From positions 1 through 39,050 of the forward strand of contig CAYYDH010000001.1 of the NCBI GenBank assembly GCA_964470615.1: DNA of 39,050 nt, given 5' to 3'. Position numbers and translations under genes: made by a program. Shown one piece after another: positions 15,666-24,005 of this stretch; the first letter of the stretch is position 1; each line of letters opens with the position of its first letter. Under the pieces are notes generated by a model that was given only the letters and a program-made list of their open reading frames with translations, was not told the origin of the DNA and ran no database searches. The DNA comes from an uncultured Candidatus Saccharibacteria bacterium. Lineage in GTDB: Bacteria > Patescibacteriota > Minisyncoccia > Minisyncoccales > GWA2-38-27.

Positions 15666-17398
15666 TCGAAAAAACGATCCCAGAACTATTTTTTGAGACA
15701 GTAAGCAAATACTCTGCTAAAGCCTCTCTTTTGTATAAGAAAGATGGCGTTTACTTTCCTATCACCTATCAAGAACTGTCAGAAAAGGTTAAAACGCTGG
15801 CTGCGGGTCTCCAAAAGTTCGGCGTGAAAAAAGAAGATAAGATTGCCATTCTTTCAGAAAACAGGCCCGAGTGGGTAATCTGCGACTTGGCTGCGATGTT
15901 TGTCGGCGGAATCGTCGTTCCTCTGCATACAACTTTAAACCCAAAGATTGTCGCCAATATTTTAAACCACTCGCAGGCTAAAATTCTTTTTGTTTCTAAT
16001 AGTGATTTGCTGAATAAGGTTTTGTTGGAAAAAGAGAACTTAGAACACCTGGAAAAGATTATTTTATTTGGCAAGCTGACTGACGCTCAGAAAGAAAGAT
16101 TTAAAGGGAAAATATTCAGCTGGGAAAGCTTGTTTATAAGAAACCAGGCAATGTCCTGCGAGAAAGTATTTTCTGACCCGGACGACGTTTGCAGTATTAT
16201 TTATACTTCCGGTACCACTGGTAACCCGAAGGGGGCTTTGCTTACTCATAAAAACTTTCTGAGTAATGTTGAAGCAGTTACCCAAGTAATACCGCTTAAA
16301 AAAAGCGATGTTTTTCTCTCTTTTCTTCCGCTTTCCCATGTTCTGGAAAGATTGGCTGGTTACTATGCTCCTCTTTTTTCCGGTTCTACGATCGCCTACG
16401 CTGAAGGTATTAAACAATTAGCAGTTAACTTGAAGGAAGTCAGGCCGACTATCTTGATTTCTGTTCCGCGGGTTTTTGAAAAGTTCCACGATACGATTTG
16501 GGATAAGATCAGAACCTCAAAATACAAGAATAGGTTTTTTGAGTGGGCGTTAAAACAGCGGAAAAAAAGCCTGAGGTACAAGATTGCTAACTTATTGGTT
16601 TTTAGGACAATAAGGGAACACTTAGGCGGCAGATTGCGCTTGGCAGTTTCTGGCGGAGCATCTTTAAATGAAAAAATAGGCCGCTTCTTTTTGAAAATAG
16701 GTGTTGTGGTGTTGGAGGGATACGGCTTGACCGAAACTTCTCCCGTGGTTGCAGTAAATCGGGAAAAAGATTTCAAGTTTGGCACAGTTGGTAAGCAACT
16801 TCCCGGGGTTAAGGTAAAGATTTCCAGCGATAAAGAGATTTTAGTTAAAGGTCCGAATGTAACCCAAGGTTATTTTAAAAACGAAGAAGTGACTAAAAGA
16901 TCCTTTGGCAAAGATGGCTGGTTCTATACCGGCGACCTGGGGTTTCTTGACCGAGAAGGGTTTTTAACCGTTATCGGCCGCAAAAAAGAAATGATTGTGA
17001 CTTCTGGCGGGAAGAATGTTTGGCCAGAGGTGATCGAGAACATTTTGAACAAAGACAGGTTTATTGTTAATTCAATGGTAATAGGTCATGGCCAGAAGTT
17101 TATATCCGCCCTGATTGTTCCTGACTGGGAAGAAGTCAGCTTGTTCTTAAAAGAGAAAAGCCTGGTAGCGCAGGAACCAGAAAAACTAGTAAATAGCCCT
17201 GAAATCCTGCGTGTTTTCCAGGAGAGAGTAGATCAAAAGATAAACCCAGGAGTTTCCGATTACGAAAGAATCAGGCGATTTAAACTAATTGCTCAGGATT
17301 TTTCTCATGAAAGAGAAGAATTGACCCCGACTTTAAAGTTGCGTCGCCATATAATAGAACAGCATTATAAGACAGAGATTGAAGAGATGTATTCTTGA
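15662..17398 (+). CDS. long-chain-fatty-acid-CoA ligase (AMP-forming, ANL superfamily)
   Basis: 578 aa with the AMP-binding signature IIYTSGTTGNPKGALLTHKN, plus GYGLTE, TGDLG and KLRR motifs. Confidence 0.9.
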   Translation: MIEKTIPELFFETVSKYSAKASLLYKKDGVYFPITYQELSEKVKTLAAGLQKFGVKKEDKIAILSENRPEWVICDLAAMFVGGIVVPLHTTLNPKIVANILNHSQAKILFVSNSDLLNKVLLEKENLEHLEKIILFGKLTDAQKERFKGKIFSWESLFIRNQAMSCEKVFSDPDDVCSIIYTSGTTGNPKGALLTHKNFLSNVEAVTQVIPLKKSDVFLSFLPLSHVLERLAGYYAPLFSGSTIAYAEGIKQLAVNLKEVRPTILISVPRVFEKFHDTIWDKIRTSKYKNRFFEWALKQRKKSLRYKIANLLVFRTIREHLGGRLRLAVSGGASLNEKIGRFFLKIGVVVLEGYGLTETSPVVAVNREKDFKFGTVGKQLPGVKVKISSDKEILVKGPNVTQGYFKNEEVTKRSFGKDGWFYTGDLGFLDREGFLTVIGRKKEMIVTSGGKNVWPEVIENILNKDRFIVNSMVIGHGQKFISALIVPDWEEVSLFLKEKSLVAQEPEKLVNSPEILRVFQERVDQKINPGVSDYERIRRFKLIAQDFSHEREELTPTLKLRRHIIEQHYKTEIEEMYS

Positions 17399-17862
17399 GG
17401 ATTATTGGTTCGGCCCATAAGAACATGGTAGATAAAATGGCTACTAATAATATAGTGGTTGCCGGAATTATTTTTCACGCCGGGAAGGTTTTAATTCTTC
17501 GGAGAAGTATCGACGAAGATATTTTTCCGGGGATGTGGGAACTTCCTAGCGGGAAGAAAAAGGCGTCAGAGAACATAACCGACTGTCTTTTTAGAGAGAT
17601 ATTAGAGGAAACAGGCCTAATGATTAAAATAATTCAGCTTGTTTCTTTTTTTGAGTATAAAATTACGAGAGATAAGAGAATAACAGAATCAATTCAGATA
17701 AATTACCTAGCAGAACCGGTTAATTTTAAGGAAGTGATTAAGTTAAGCGAAGAACATCAAAAATTTGCCTGGGTTGGAAAAAGAGAAATAAAAAAATACA
17801 ATCTTTCGGCAGAAACAAGGAGCGTGGTTAGTCAGGCATTTGCCGTTGTTCCTAAAAAATGA
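17395..17862 (+). CDS. NUDIX hydrolase
   Basis: A complete Nudix box is present: GKKKASENITDCLFREILEETGL (GX5EX7REUXEEXGU). The start is uncertain, either the TTG at 17395 or the ATG at 17425. Confidence 0.85.
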   Translation: MRIIGSAHKNMVDKMATNNIVVAGIIFHAGKVLILRRSIDEDIFPGMWELPSGKKKASENITDCLFREILEETGLMIKIIQLVSFFEYKITRDKRITESIQINYLAEPVNFKEVIKLSEEHQKFAWVGKREIKKYNLSAETRSVVSQAFAVVPKK

Positions 17863-18036
17863 CTAAAGAATGTATTTATAAAATAAAATGATTCGAGAAA
17901 TAGAGGCCAAGCTTAAGGTTACAGCTTCCAGATTGATCTGGGGGTTTTTCTTTTTAGGATTTTTTGTGAGTATATTTGCTGTTATTTTTACCATGTTTTT
18001 TAATCATTTTAATTATCTAGGTTTTGAGAAAATTTA

Positions 18037-18831
18037 CTACTCAAATAATTTAAAAATTTTCCTCGCATTTTTATAGAAAACTTTTTTCCTTTCTTCTCCA
18101 GTAATGCTTAAAAGGTTTATTAGGTCAATATGTTTTTCAATATTACACATCGGCCAGTCGGTGCCAAAGATAACACTGGCGTCTCGGCGCTTGATTGTTT
18201 TAGTTAGAATCTTTTGGACTTTTTTAATGCCGCCGCTTGCTTTTATTACTTCTGGGTCTGCCAAAGCAGAAGTGTCAAAATAGATGTTTTCGAAACCGTT
18301 AGTAGTTTTAAAACAATAATCTAATTTAGGCCAAAAATAATGGGCGATAATAATCTTTAATTTTGGAAAACTTCGGGCAATTTTAGTTATGTATTTTGGA
18401 TCATTGTATTTTGCGCATTTTCTGTCGTTCGGGTTGATTCCCGTATGAATAATTAACGGGTAATTATATCTTAGACATAGCTTATAAACGGGCATCCATC
18501 TTTTGTCGGTAGGGTATACTGGATCATGGCCAGGGAAGATTTTAAAACCCTTAATTATTTTCTTGCTGAATAGCTCTTCAATCTTTAACAAATTCTTTTT
18601 GTTAATTTCATTGACCTTAAGGGTCCCTACAGTGGATAACCGCGGTTCGTCCTTTATCAGGCGGGCTATAGTGTCTAGATCCGCGCAATTAGAGTTTTTC
18701 TGGTTATCAGGGATAATAATCGCGTGCTCGACTCCATTTTTATCCATATTTAAAAGCAGCTCTTTTTTTATTTCAGAAAAAGCTTTCTTGCCCTTGTCGT
18801 AAGATAGATGAGTATGAACGTCTATTATCAT
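18037..18831 (-). CDS. metal-dependent amidohydrolase (TatD / amidohydrolase_2-like TIM barrel)
   Basis: 264 aa with the N-terminal MIIDVHTHL metal motif, internal IIHTG and IIAHY, and a C-terminal FGTDWP...NARKIF. Confidence 0.8.
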   Translation of the reverse strand: MIIDVHTHLSYDKGKKAFSEIKKELLLNMDKNGVEHAIIIPDNQKNSNCADLDTIARLIKDEPRLSTVGTLKVNEINKKNLLKIEELFSKKIIKGFKIFPGHDPVYPTDKRWMPVYKLCLRYNYPLIIHTGINPNDRKCAKYNDPKYITKIARSFPKLKIIIAHYFWPKLDYCFKTTNGFENIYFDTSALADPEVIKASGGIKKVQKILTKTIKRRDASVIFGTDWPMCNIEKHIDLINLLSITGEERKKVFYKNARKIFKLFE

Positions 18832-18932
18832 GTATTTTTAAGCTTATCACCAAAAATGAAAATTTAGAATATTGGCATAAGATAATAGTTAATGAAAACT
18901 TTGGTCCTAACGAGTCAGTAGAAAAAGATAGG

Positions 18933-19154
18933 TTGGCTTCTGCAAGGGGCGAGTTCTGCGTAGCAGGGAAATACTACTTTGTTATAGACACGGACAATAG
19001 TGTTTACCCTTGTACCTTTCTTTCTTCGCCGCAATTCAAGATCGGCGTATGGGAAAACGGCCAGATAAAGATTACAAGACCCGTTTCTCATGACGGCAGT
19101 TTTTGCGTGGCAGAAAGAGAGCTTATTACTAGCACGCTATCAGGCGTTGCTTAG
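18933..19154 (+). pseudogene. truncated C-terminal (SPASM/twitch-like) fragment of a radical SAM enzyme
   Basis: CVAGKYYFVIDTDNSVYPC matches the C-x-A-G...G/N-x-V-x-P-C auxiliary-cluster motif. No radical-SAM core precedes it. The frame stays open upstream into the amidohydrolase start region without an ATG. Confidence 0.5.
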
Positions 19155-19155
19155 G

Positions 19156-19179
19156 GCCGGCGCTTTGCGCTGGCTTTTT
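19156..19179 (+). terminator. intrinsic terminator
   Basis: GCCGGCGC-TTT-GCGCTGGC (one G-U pair) followed by TTTTT. Confidence 0.6.
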
Positions 19180-19186
19180 ATATAAT

Positions 19187-19215
19187 TTGACATTCTCCGT
19201 TTTAGTAGTTAGAAT
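19187..19215 (+). promoter_or_regulatory. promoter in front of the first GC-rich gene
   Basis: aaTTTGACA context: TTGACA (19187..19192), a 17-nt spacer, then TAGAAT (19210..19215). Confidence 0.5.
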
Positions 19216-19305
19216 AAATTTAGTTCGCCGAGAACGGCCTGCGCTTAGCTTGCCGAAGCATTCTCGGCTTTAAAAACAGATAATCAGGAAGAGGGAGAGA
19301 CAGAT

Positions 19306-20925
19306 ATGAACGGGAAACACGGGATCTGGCTGTTAGGACTGGTCACCTTTCTGGTTCTGGGCTCTGGAGCGGCAGCCGATGAAGCTACGGATGCTTTTGA
19401 GTCGCTTTATGGCGACGAAATGAAGCAAGTTTCATCTACGCCGTCGCCGGCAGACAACGTAGTTTTGGCAGCCAAACTTTTAGAGGCTGCCCGAGGAATT
19501 GCCGAACAACCAGCTTTTCTCACCGTGCTTTGCGAAAAGGTTTACGAGCTTGGCGCCGAGGATTTGACCGGGTATCCTGCTGCTGTATTTGCCATGGAGC
19601 TCCTGGCTGAAAAGGCGCCCGATAAGAAGGTAGAGTGTCTTCAGAAATGCGCTTCTCTTGTCCAGGGCGAGTACTCTAAGGTTCGCGACGAAGCGAAGAA
19701 AAGAACAGGCTGTTTGCTTGTTCTGGCGCTGAAGAACGTTGCTGATGCCCAGGTTTCTCTTGGTGACTTGGATAGTGCCACAGCGACGCTGAGACAAGCC
19801 ATGGACGTAGCTTCCTCCGCCGGTTTTTCTTCGTCAGCCCTTCAAGCCAAGCTGACCACGCTTTTGCGGCAGCAGGCGGCAGAGAAACAAACTACTGCTT
19901 TAAAGGTTAAGCTTGTAGCCAACCCCAACGACACTGCTTCGCGCAAGAAACTGGTTCATCTGTATTTGGTAGAATTGGACAATGCGGCCGAAGCAGCTAA
20001 CTTCCTTGGAGAGACCTTGGACGGAACGACGCGAAAGCATGTACCCGAAGCTAGCATGCCTATCGACGAAGTCCCGGAAACGGTTTGCCTGGGACTTGCC
20101 AAATGGTACGCTAGCTTAGCCGAAACACCGGTGATGACAAGCAGGGCTGCCATGCTTTGGCGAGCCAAAGCATACTATGAGAGATTTCTTGACCTTCATC
20201 GGGTGCAAGACCTTTCTAGGGCCGCTAATACTTTAGCCCTGAATAAGGTTGAGGAATCTTTGGCAAAACTCGGGCCAACGAGCCAGCAAAGCAATGGGTC
20301 AAGCTCTTGGATCGACTGCTTGAGGCTGGTCGAACTGCCAAGGCACGCAGTCAGCGGGAAGTGGGAGAGGAAAGGTACCCAGCTCTTCGTTGCCGAAGAG
20401 GGGAAAAGCTGTCTTGCCACTATTCCGCTTTCACCGGAATCAAGCTACCAACTGCAGGTTGTCTTCACGAAAGTATCGGGTAACGGTCAGGTTGGTGTTG
20501 CTCTGCCCATTAAGTCCGCGTCCTGCGACATTGTCCTGCAGCCTGATATTTTCGGACTCGAGAAGATAAAAGAGGAAAACGGCAAAGAGGGCGGGAAATG
20601 GGTTGGTTTCGGTCCAGTTGTCAGCGGACGGGACTACTGCCTGGATATCAAGGTTGAAATCCGCGGTAGCCAGGCTGCCATTGATACGGGCTTGGACGGC
20701 AAATGCCTTATTCAATGGCAAGGACCGTCTTCTTCGCTCCGAGCCACTCCAGGGTGGTCTTTGCCGGAAACCAAGTTCCTAAAGCTGCATGCCTGGAATG
20801 CTGCGGTCCTATTTCGCAGCGTACGTCTGAAGGCAGCTCCAGAGGAACCTAAGGTGCTCAGCCAAGCCTTGTTAGACTATATCAACAACAAGGCTGCGTT
20901 TTTCGGCGTAGCGCCTAAGAAGTGA
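19306..20925 (+). CDS. secreted protein: helical (TPR-like) N-domain plus beta-rich C-domain (possibly ConA-like/DUF1080-like)
   Basis: 539 aa with a signal peptide (MNGKHGIWLLGLVTFLVLGSGAAADE) and a GGGAGAG Shine-Dalgarno sequence 7 nt upstream. The C-terminal pattern is GKWERKGTQLFVAEEG...YQLQVVFTKVSGNGQVGVAL. GC is high (36/60 in 19321..19380). Confidence 0.7.
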   Translation: MNGKHGIWLLGLVTFLVLGSGAAADEATDAFESLYGDEMKQVSSTPSPADNVVLAAKLLEAARGIAEQPAFLTVLCEKVYELGAEDLTGYPAAVFAMELLAEKAPDKKVECLQKCASLVQGEYSKVRDEAKKRTGCLLVLALKNVADAQVSLGDLDSATATLRQAMDVASSAGFSSSALQAKLTTLLRQQAAEKQTTALKVKLVANPNDTASRKKLVHLYLVELDNAAEAANFLGETLDGTTRKHVPEASMPIDEVPETVCLGLAKWYASLAETPVMTSRAAMLWRAKAYYERFLDLHRVQDLSRAANTLALNKVEESLAKLGPTSQQSNGSSSWIDCLRLVELPRHAVSGKWERKGTQLFVAEEGKSCLATIPLSPESSYQLQVVFTKVSGNGQVGVALPIKSASCDIVLQPDIFGLEKIKEENGKEGGKWVGFGPVVSGRDYCLDIKVEIRGSQAAIDTGLDGKCLIQWQGPSSSLRATPGWSLPETKFLKLHAWNAAVLFRSVRLKAAPEEPKVLSQALLDYINNKAAFFGVAPKK

Positions 20926-20938
20926 GGAAACAAATTAA

Positions 20939-20978
20939 AGCGTGGTAGATGAAATCTTCTATCACGCTTTTTCTTTTT
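20939..20978 (+). terminator. intrinsic terminator
   Basis: An 11-bp stem, AGCGTGGTAGA / TCTATCACGCT (one G-U pair), followed by TTTTTCTTTTT. Confidence 0.7.
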
Positions 20979-21032
20979 GCTAGAATGTCGTTCTGGGGCG
21001 GTAAAACAACCGCTTCAAGAGATAGGTAAAAT

Positions 21033-21061
21033 TTGACTAAGATTTATGAATCTAGCATAAT
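21033..21061 (+). promoter_or_regulatory. promoter in front of the second GC-rich gene
   Basis: aaaaTTTGACT context: TTGACT (21033..21038), a 17-nt spacer, then CATAAT (21056..21061). Confidence 0.45.
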
Positions 21062-21123
21062 ATAATAAGAAGCACGGTGCAGTTCTTTGAGAATTGAAAA
21101 ACCAAACGGAAGGGAGAACCAAA

Positions 21124-22617
21124 ATGATGCGCGCAAGAACGATGCTGGGTTTGCTGCTGGTTGCAGGGATGGTAGGATTTGTTGTCGCAACGGCGTCTGC
21201 TGAAGCCCCGCAACAGTTTTTCCCTGGCCAAGAAATCCAGGTGAAAGATCAAATGGTCGGTCCGACGAGGCACTATGTTGTGTACTTGCCCAGCGACTAC
21301 GTAGCCGAACGCTCTTGGCCTGCTATTTTTTGCTACCACGGGAAAGGCGGCAGGCCGATAACGCTTCCCTACAAAGACTTTACCGACGGCAAGGGTTTTG
21401 TTCTTGTGGGTATGGACTATTTCTGGGACAGCATGAACGTCCACAGCGAAATCGGCCAGGATGTGCGGAATATCAAACGGCTTGTCCCGCAACTAGCCAA
21501 ACAGTTGAACCTGGATCCCAACCAGTTGTTTATCGCCGGCAACAGCGCCGGCGGATTCGCGGCCAGCGGTATTGCCGAAGCCACGCCGTCTTTTTGGGCA
21601 GGCGTTATGATTTTAGGCGCTGGACGATATGAAAATCTTCATAAGCGTCCAGCTATTCTTCCTGGCACAGGTTCTTCTTTCCCGATCTCGGGATTTGGTG
21701 TCGCAATGCCGAAAAGGCCCAAAGACGCCAATTCGCTCGCAGGTAGAGGCATCTATTTGGGGGCGGGTGAGCGGGATACAAATCTTTGGTGGGCCGAAAC
21801 AGCTAGAGATTATTACCAAAGTATCGGAGCCGATGTCACCTTCGAAACTTATAAAGGCGTCGGTCACGGAACTTATCCCGGTACAGAGGTAATAAAGAAC
21901 TGGCTCTATTCAAACGGGCCCTTGAAACAAGCAGAAAGCGGGATAGGCAAAGCCCAGGCTATGCAAAACTCCGGAGAACTGGGAAAAGCCTACGAGCTGT
22001 TTGTTGCGCTAGCTTCATTGACAGGAAACAATGAGAAGCTGGCCGAGATTCTGGGCCAGGCTGCTAAAGCAGCCAATCAGCTGGCCGGCGACGCTGAGGC
22101 AAGGATTGGAGCAGCTGAAACCGCGGCGGCCGATGGTCGCTACGAAGAAGCGCTCAAGATTCTTTCTCGGGTTTCCGCTTCCTACAAGGGCTCTAGTTTC
22201 GGCGGACGAGCAAAAGTCCTTATACCCAAGATGCGGGGCGAGGCGAATGCTAGGAAAAACGCTGAACAGTCCCGGGCGCTTGAGCTTGAGGGCAAGGCCA
22301 GAGAAGCAGAGAAGGTCAAAGATTACCTTACCGCCTTCAAGCTCTACGAGCAGTATCTTACGCTGTTCAAAGGGATTGCTCGGTATGAGTTCGTTAAGAA
22401 CCACTTTGAGTCGCTGAAAGCCGACCCAAAGATTCAGGACGTTCTCCACAAGCAGGAAGCTGATCGCGATTGCCCAGGATGGCTTAAGGAAGCAGACAGG
22501 CTTCTTGAAGAGGGCAAAAACGACGAGGCAAAGCGGCGCTTGCAGAGAATCTTAGATAAGTACGGAGATACGGATTGGGCCGGAAAAGCGAAAGAACGGC
22601 TCAAGAAATTGGACTAG
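21124..22617 (+). CDS. secreted alpha/beta-hydrolase (esterase/depolymerase-like) with a helical TPR-like C-terminal half
   Basis: It has a signal peptide (MMRARTMLGLLLVAGMVGFVVATASAEA), HGKGG, the nucleophile elbow GNSAGG and GVGHG. I prefer the ATG at 21124, which has a GGGAG Shine-Dalgarno sequence, over the TTG at 21094. GC is high (39/60 in 21541..21600). Confidence 0.8.
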   Translation: MMRARTMLGLLLVAGMVGFVVATASAEAPQQFFPGQEIQVKDQMVGPTRHYVVYLPSDYVAERSWPAIFCYHGKGGRPITLPYKDFTDGKGFVLVGMDYFWDSMNVHSEIGQDVRNIKRLVPQLAKQLNLDPNQLFIAGNSAGGFAASGIAEATPSFWAGVMILGAGRYENLHKRPAILPGTGSSFPISGFGVAMPKRPKDANSLAGRGIYLGAGERDTNLWWAETARDYYQSIGADVTFETYKGVGHGTYPGTEVIKNWLYSNGPLKQAESGIGKAQAMQNSGELGKAYELFVALASLTGNNEKLAEILGQAAKAANQLAGDAEARIGAAETAAADGRYEEALKILSRVSASYKGSSFGGRAKVLIPKMRGEANARKNAEQSRALELEGKAREAEKVKDYLTAFKLYEQYLTLFKGIARYEFVKNHFESLKADPKIQDVLHKQEADRDCPGWLKEADRLLEEGKNDEAKRRLQRILDKYGDTDWAGKAKERLKKLD

Positions 22618-22623
22618 CACTTT

Positions 22624-22653
22624 GAAGCGCTTCGACAACCGAAGCGCTTTTTA
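22624..22653 (+). terminator. intrinsic terminator ending the GC-rich island
   Basis: GAAGCGCTTCG-ACAAC-CGAAGCGCTT followed by TTTTATTAT. Confidence 0.75.
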
Positions 22654-22713
22654 TTATGCTAGCTAGCCTCGGCGCTTAGTGCTAGTTTTATTTTTGGGTG
22701 GAAATGTTAAAAT

Positions 22714-22742
22714 TTGACTTTCTAGATTTATATTATATAAAT
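22714..22742 (+). promoter_or_regulatory. promoter of the AT-rich radical-SAM operon
   Basis: aaaaTTTGACT context: TTGACT (22714..22719), a 17-nt spacer, then ATAAAT (22737..22742). The ATG at 22754 is only 11 nt further on and no Shine-Dalgarno sequence is present. Confidence 0.4.
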
Positions 22743-22753
22743 AAGTATCAGAT

Positions 22754-23920
22754 ATGAATAAATATTTATCAGTCCTGAAAGGTAAAACTATAAGTATTCC
22801 CTATAATAATGACCCGAACTTGATTAAAGAGCTTGGGGAATTTTTGGTCGGCTCGCGGAATTTCGATATTTACATTTACTTCGCGCCCAGTCTCTTTATC
22901 ACCAATGCGGGAAGAAAAATGCCAAACCTCAAAAGCTATATTCATAAAGGGAAGTTTAATACGAATAAATTTGACAAAGAACTTTCCGGCGCCTTGAAGC
23001 AGGCAAAAAAATATGGCTTCAAAACCAGCCTACTTTTGAATAATGTATTGCTCGGAATTCCCCACTCCAATAATGATATTAAAAAGACTATTCCTAAAAT
23101 ACAAAAATATTTAGAGCTATTGAATCACGATAAAATTTTAGATAGGGTGACCATATCAAATCCCTATCTTTTAGAGCTTATAAATTGGAAAAAGATGCCG
23201 AACGTTGAAATAAAAACTTCCGTTAACCTCCAAATTAAAAGCGCAAAATCCATAGAACTTTTGGATAATATTTCAAGGTTCTGGCTAAACAAAAAGGTTG
23301 ATTCCATTGAGATTCAGAAAGATTTACTCAGGAATATTGAGATGCTGCGGGCGATAAGGAGAAGAGTCGGCGGGAAAACCAAGCTTTCAATAATTGTAAA
23401 CGAGGGGTGTTTGATCGGTTGTCCCTATCAAATGGCCCACCAGCTTTATGCTTTTTCTTTCCCTTACGGCAATGGAAAAATTAAAAAAAATGATCTTTCC
23501 TTTAATATTGCAAAATGTAAATATATTACAAAGAAGGAGCCATGGCGCATTTTGGATTCAAATTGGATACTTCCCTCTTGGCTAAGACATTATTCAAAAA
23601 TTGTAGACGAATTCAAGTTAACGGATAGAGATGCTTCTACTGAAAATATAATGTATATAGTAAAAGCTTATACTACCGGCATTTACGATAAGAAAAATTT
23701 ATGCAGATTAATAAGCCTACTTAGCATGGAAAAATTTTCATTTCCTGAATCTGCCTTGCCAAAATATTTTTACAAGAAAATCTTGTCTGGAGCAGTAAAA
23801 AACAACAATTATTATAAAAAAATTTGGAAGAATATTTCTGCTTACAATAAATTGAAACCATCTATCGGTCTCAAAGGATTGCAAAAAGATAAACTATACC
23901 AATTTATAGGAAACAATTAA
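22754..23920 (+). CDS. peptidase-U32-family-like protein (TIM-barrel, putative Fe-S)
   Basis: 388 aa. The block order resembles U32 proteins: FKTSLLLNNVLLG, DRVTISNPYLLELI, VEIKTSVNLQIKS, VDSIEIQKDLLRNIEMLRAI, LSIIVNEGCLIGCPYQ. This was recognised by eye only. Confidence 0.4.
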   Translation: MNKYLSVLKGKTISIPYNNDPNLIKELGEFLVGSRNFDIYIYFAPSLFITNAGRKMPNLKSYIHKGKFNTNKFDKELSGALKQAKKYGFKTSLLLNNVLLGIPHSNNDIKKTIPKIQKYLELLNHDKILDRVTISNPYLLELINWKKMPNVEIKTSVNLQIKSAKSIELLDNISRFWLNKKVDSIEIQKDLLRNIEMLRAIRRRVGGKTKLSIIVNEGCLIGCPYQMAHQLYAFSFPYGNGKIKKNDLSFNIAKCKYITKKEPWRILDSNWILPSWLRHYSKIVDEFKLTDRDASTENIMYIVKAYTTGIYDKKNLCRLISLLSMEKFSFPESALPKYFYKKILSGAVKNNNYYKKIWKNISAYNKLKPSIGLKGLQKDKLYQFIGNN

Positions 23921-24005
23921 TACCCTTAATTTTATAAAAATCTTTTTAGCGACAAGCGATCAAAAAGGGAAAGATATAAAATCCTTAATCAGGACGGGAT
24001 TTTAC

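Noticed and set aside
15769-16785. Three minus-strand ORFs of 101-129 aa inside the acyl-CoA ligase gene, and similar antisense ORFs inside dnaN, the VirB4 gene, the pilin-fusion genes, ruvB, pilB, the histidine kinase, the HAD hydrolase and plsC
   Set aside because: All are nested antisense within ORFs that have clear family motifs, and none has a motif of its own.
17888-18076. 62-aa hydrophobic ORF between the NUDIX and amidohydrolase genes
   Set aside because: It could be a real small membrane protein. However, it overlaps the 3' end of the convergent amidohydrolase by 40 nt, has no Shine-Dalgarno sequence and sits in AT-rich sequence. The evidence is insufficient to call it.
21052-22449. 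Several ORFs of 84-146 aa on both strands inside the GC-rich hydrolase gene (for example 21052..21492 -, 21315..21632 +, 22015..22449 -, 22031..22417 +), and similar ones inside 19306..20925
   Set aside because: These are typical shadow ORFs of GC-rich coding sequence. They are Arg/Pro/Ser-rich and are nested in longer ORFs that carry signal peptides and catalytic motifs.
22657-22700. GCTAGCTAGC palindrome and a weak second hairpin after the island terminator
   Set aside because: The 5-bp stems are short, and this is probably just part of a tandem terminator or spacer. No repeat partner is present elsewhere in the window.
19150-22760. Mobile-element hallmarks at the GC-rich island borders (integrase, transposase, tRNA target, direct or inverted terminal repeats)
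   Set aside because: None was seen. The only shared border sequence is the promoter-like AAATTTGAC motif, which also occurs between the two island genes, so it is not an att-type repeat.
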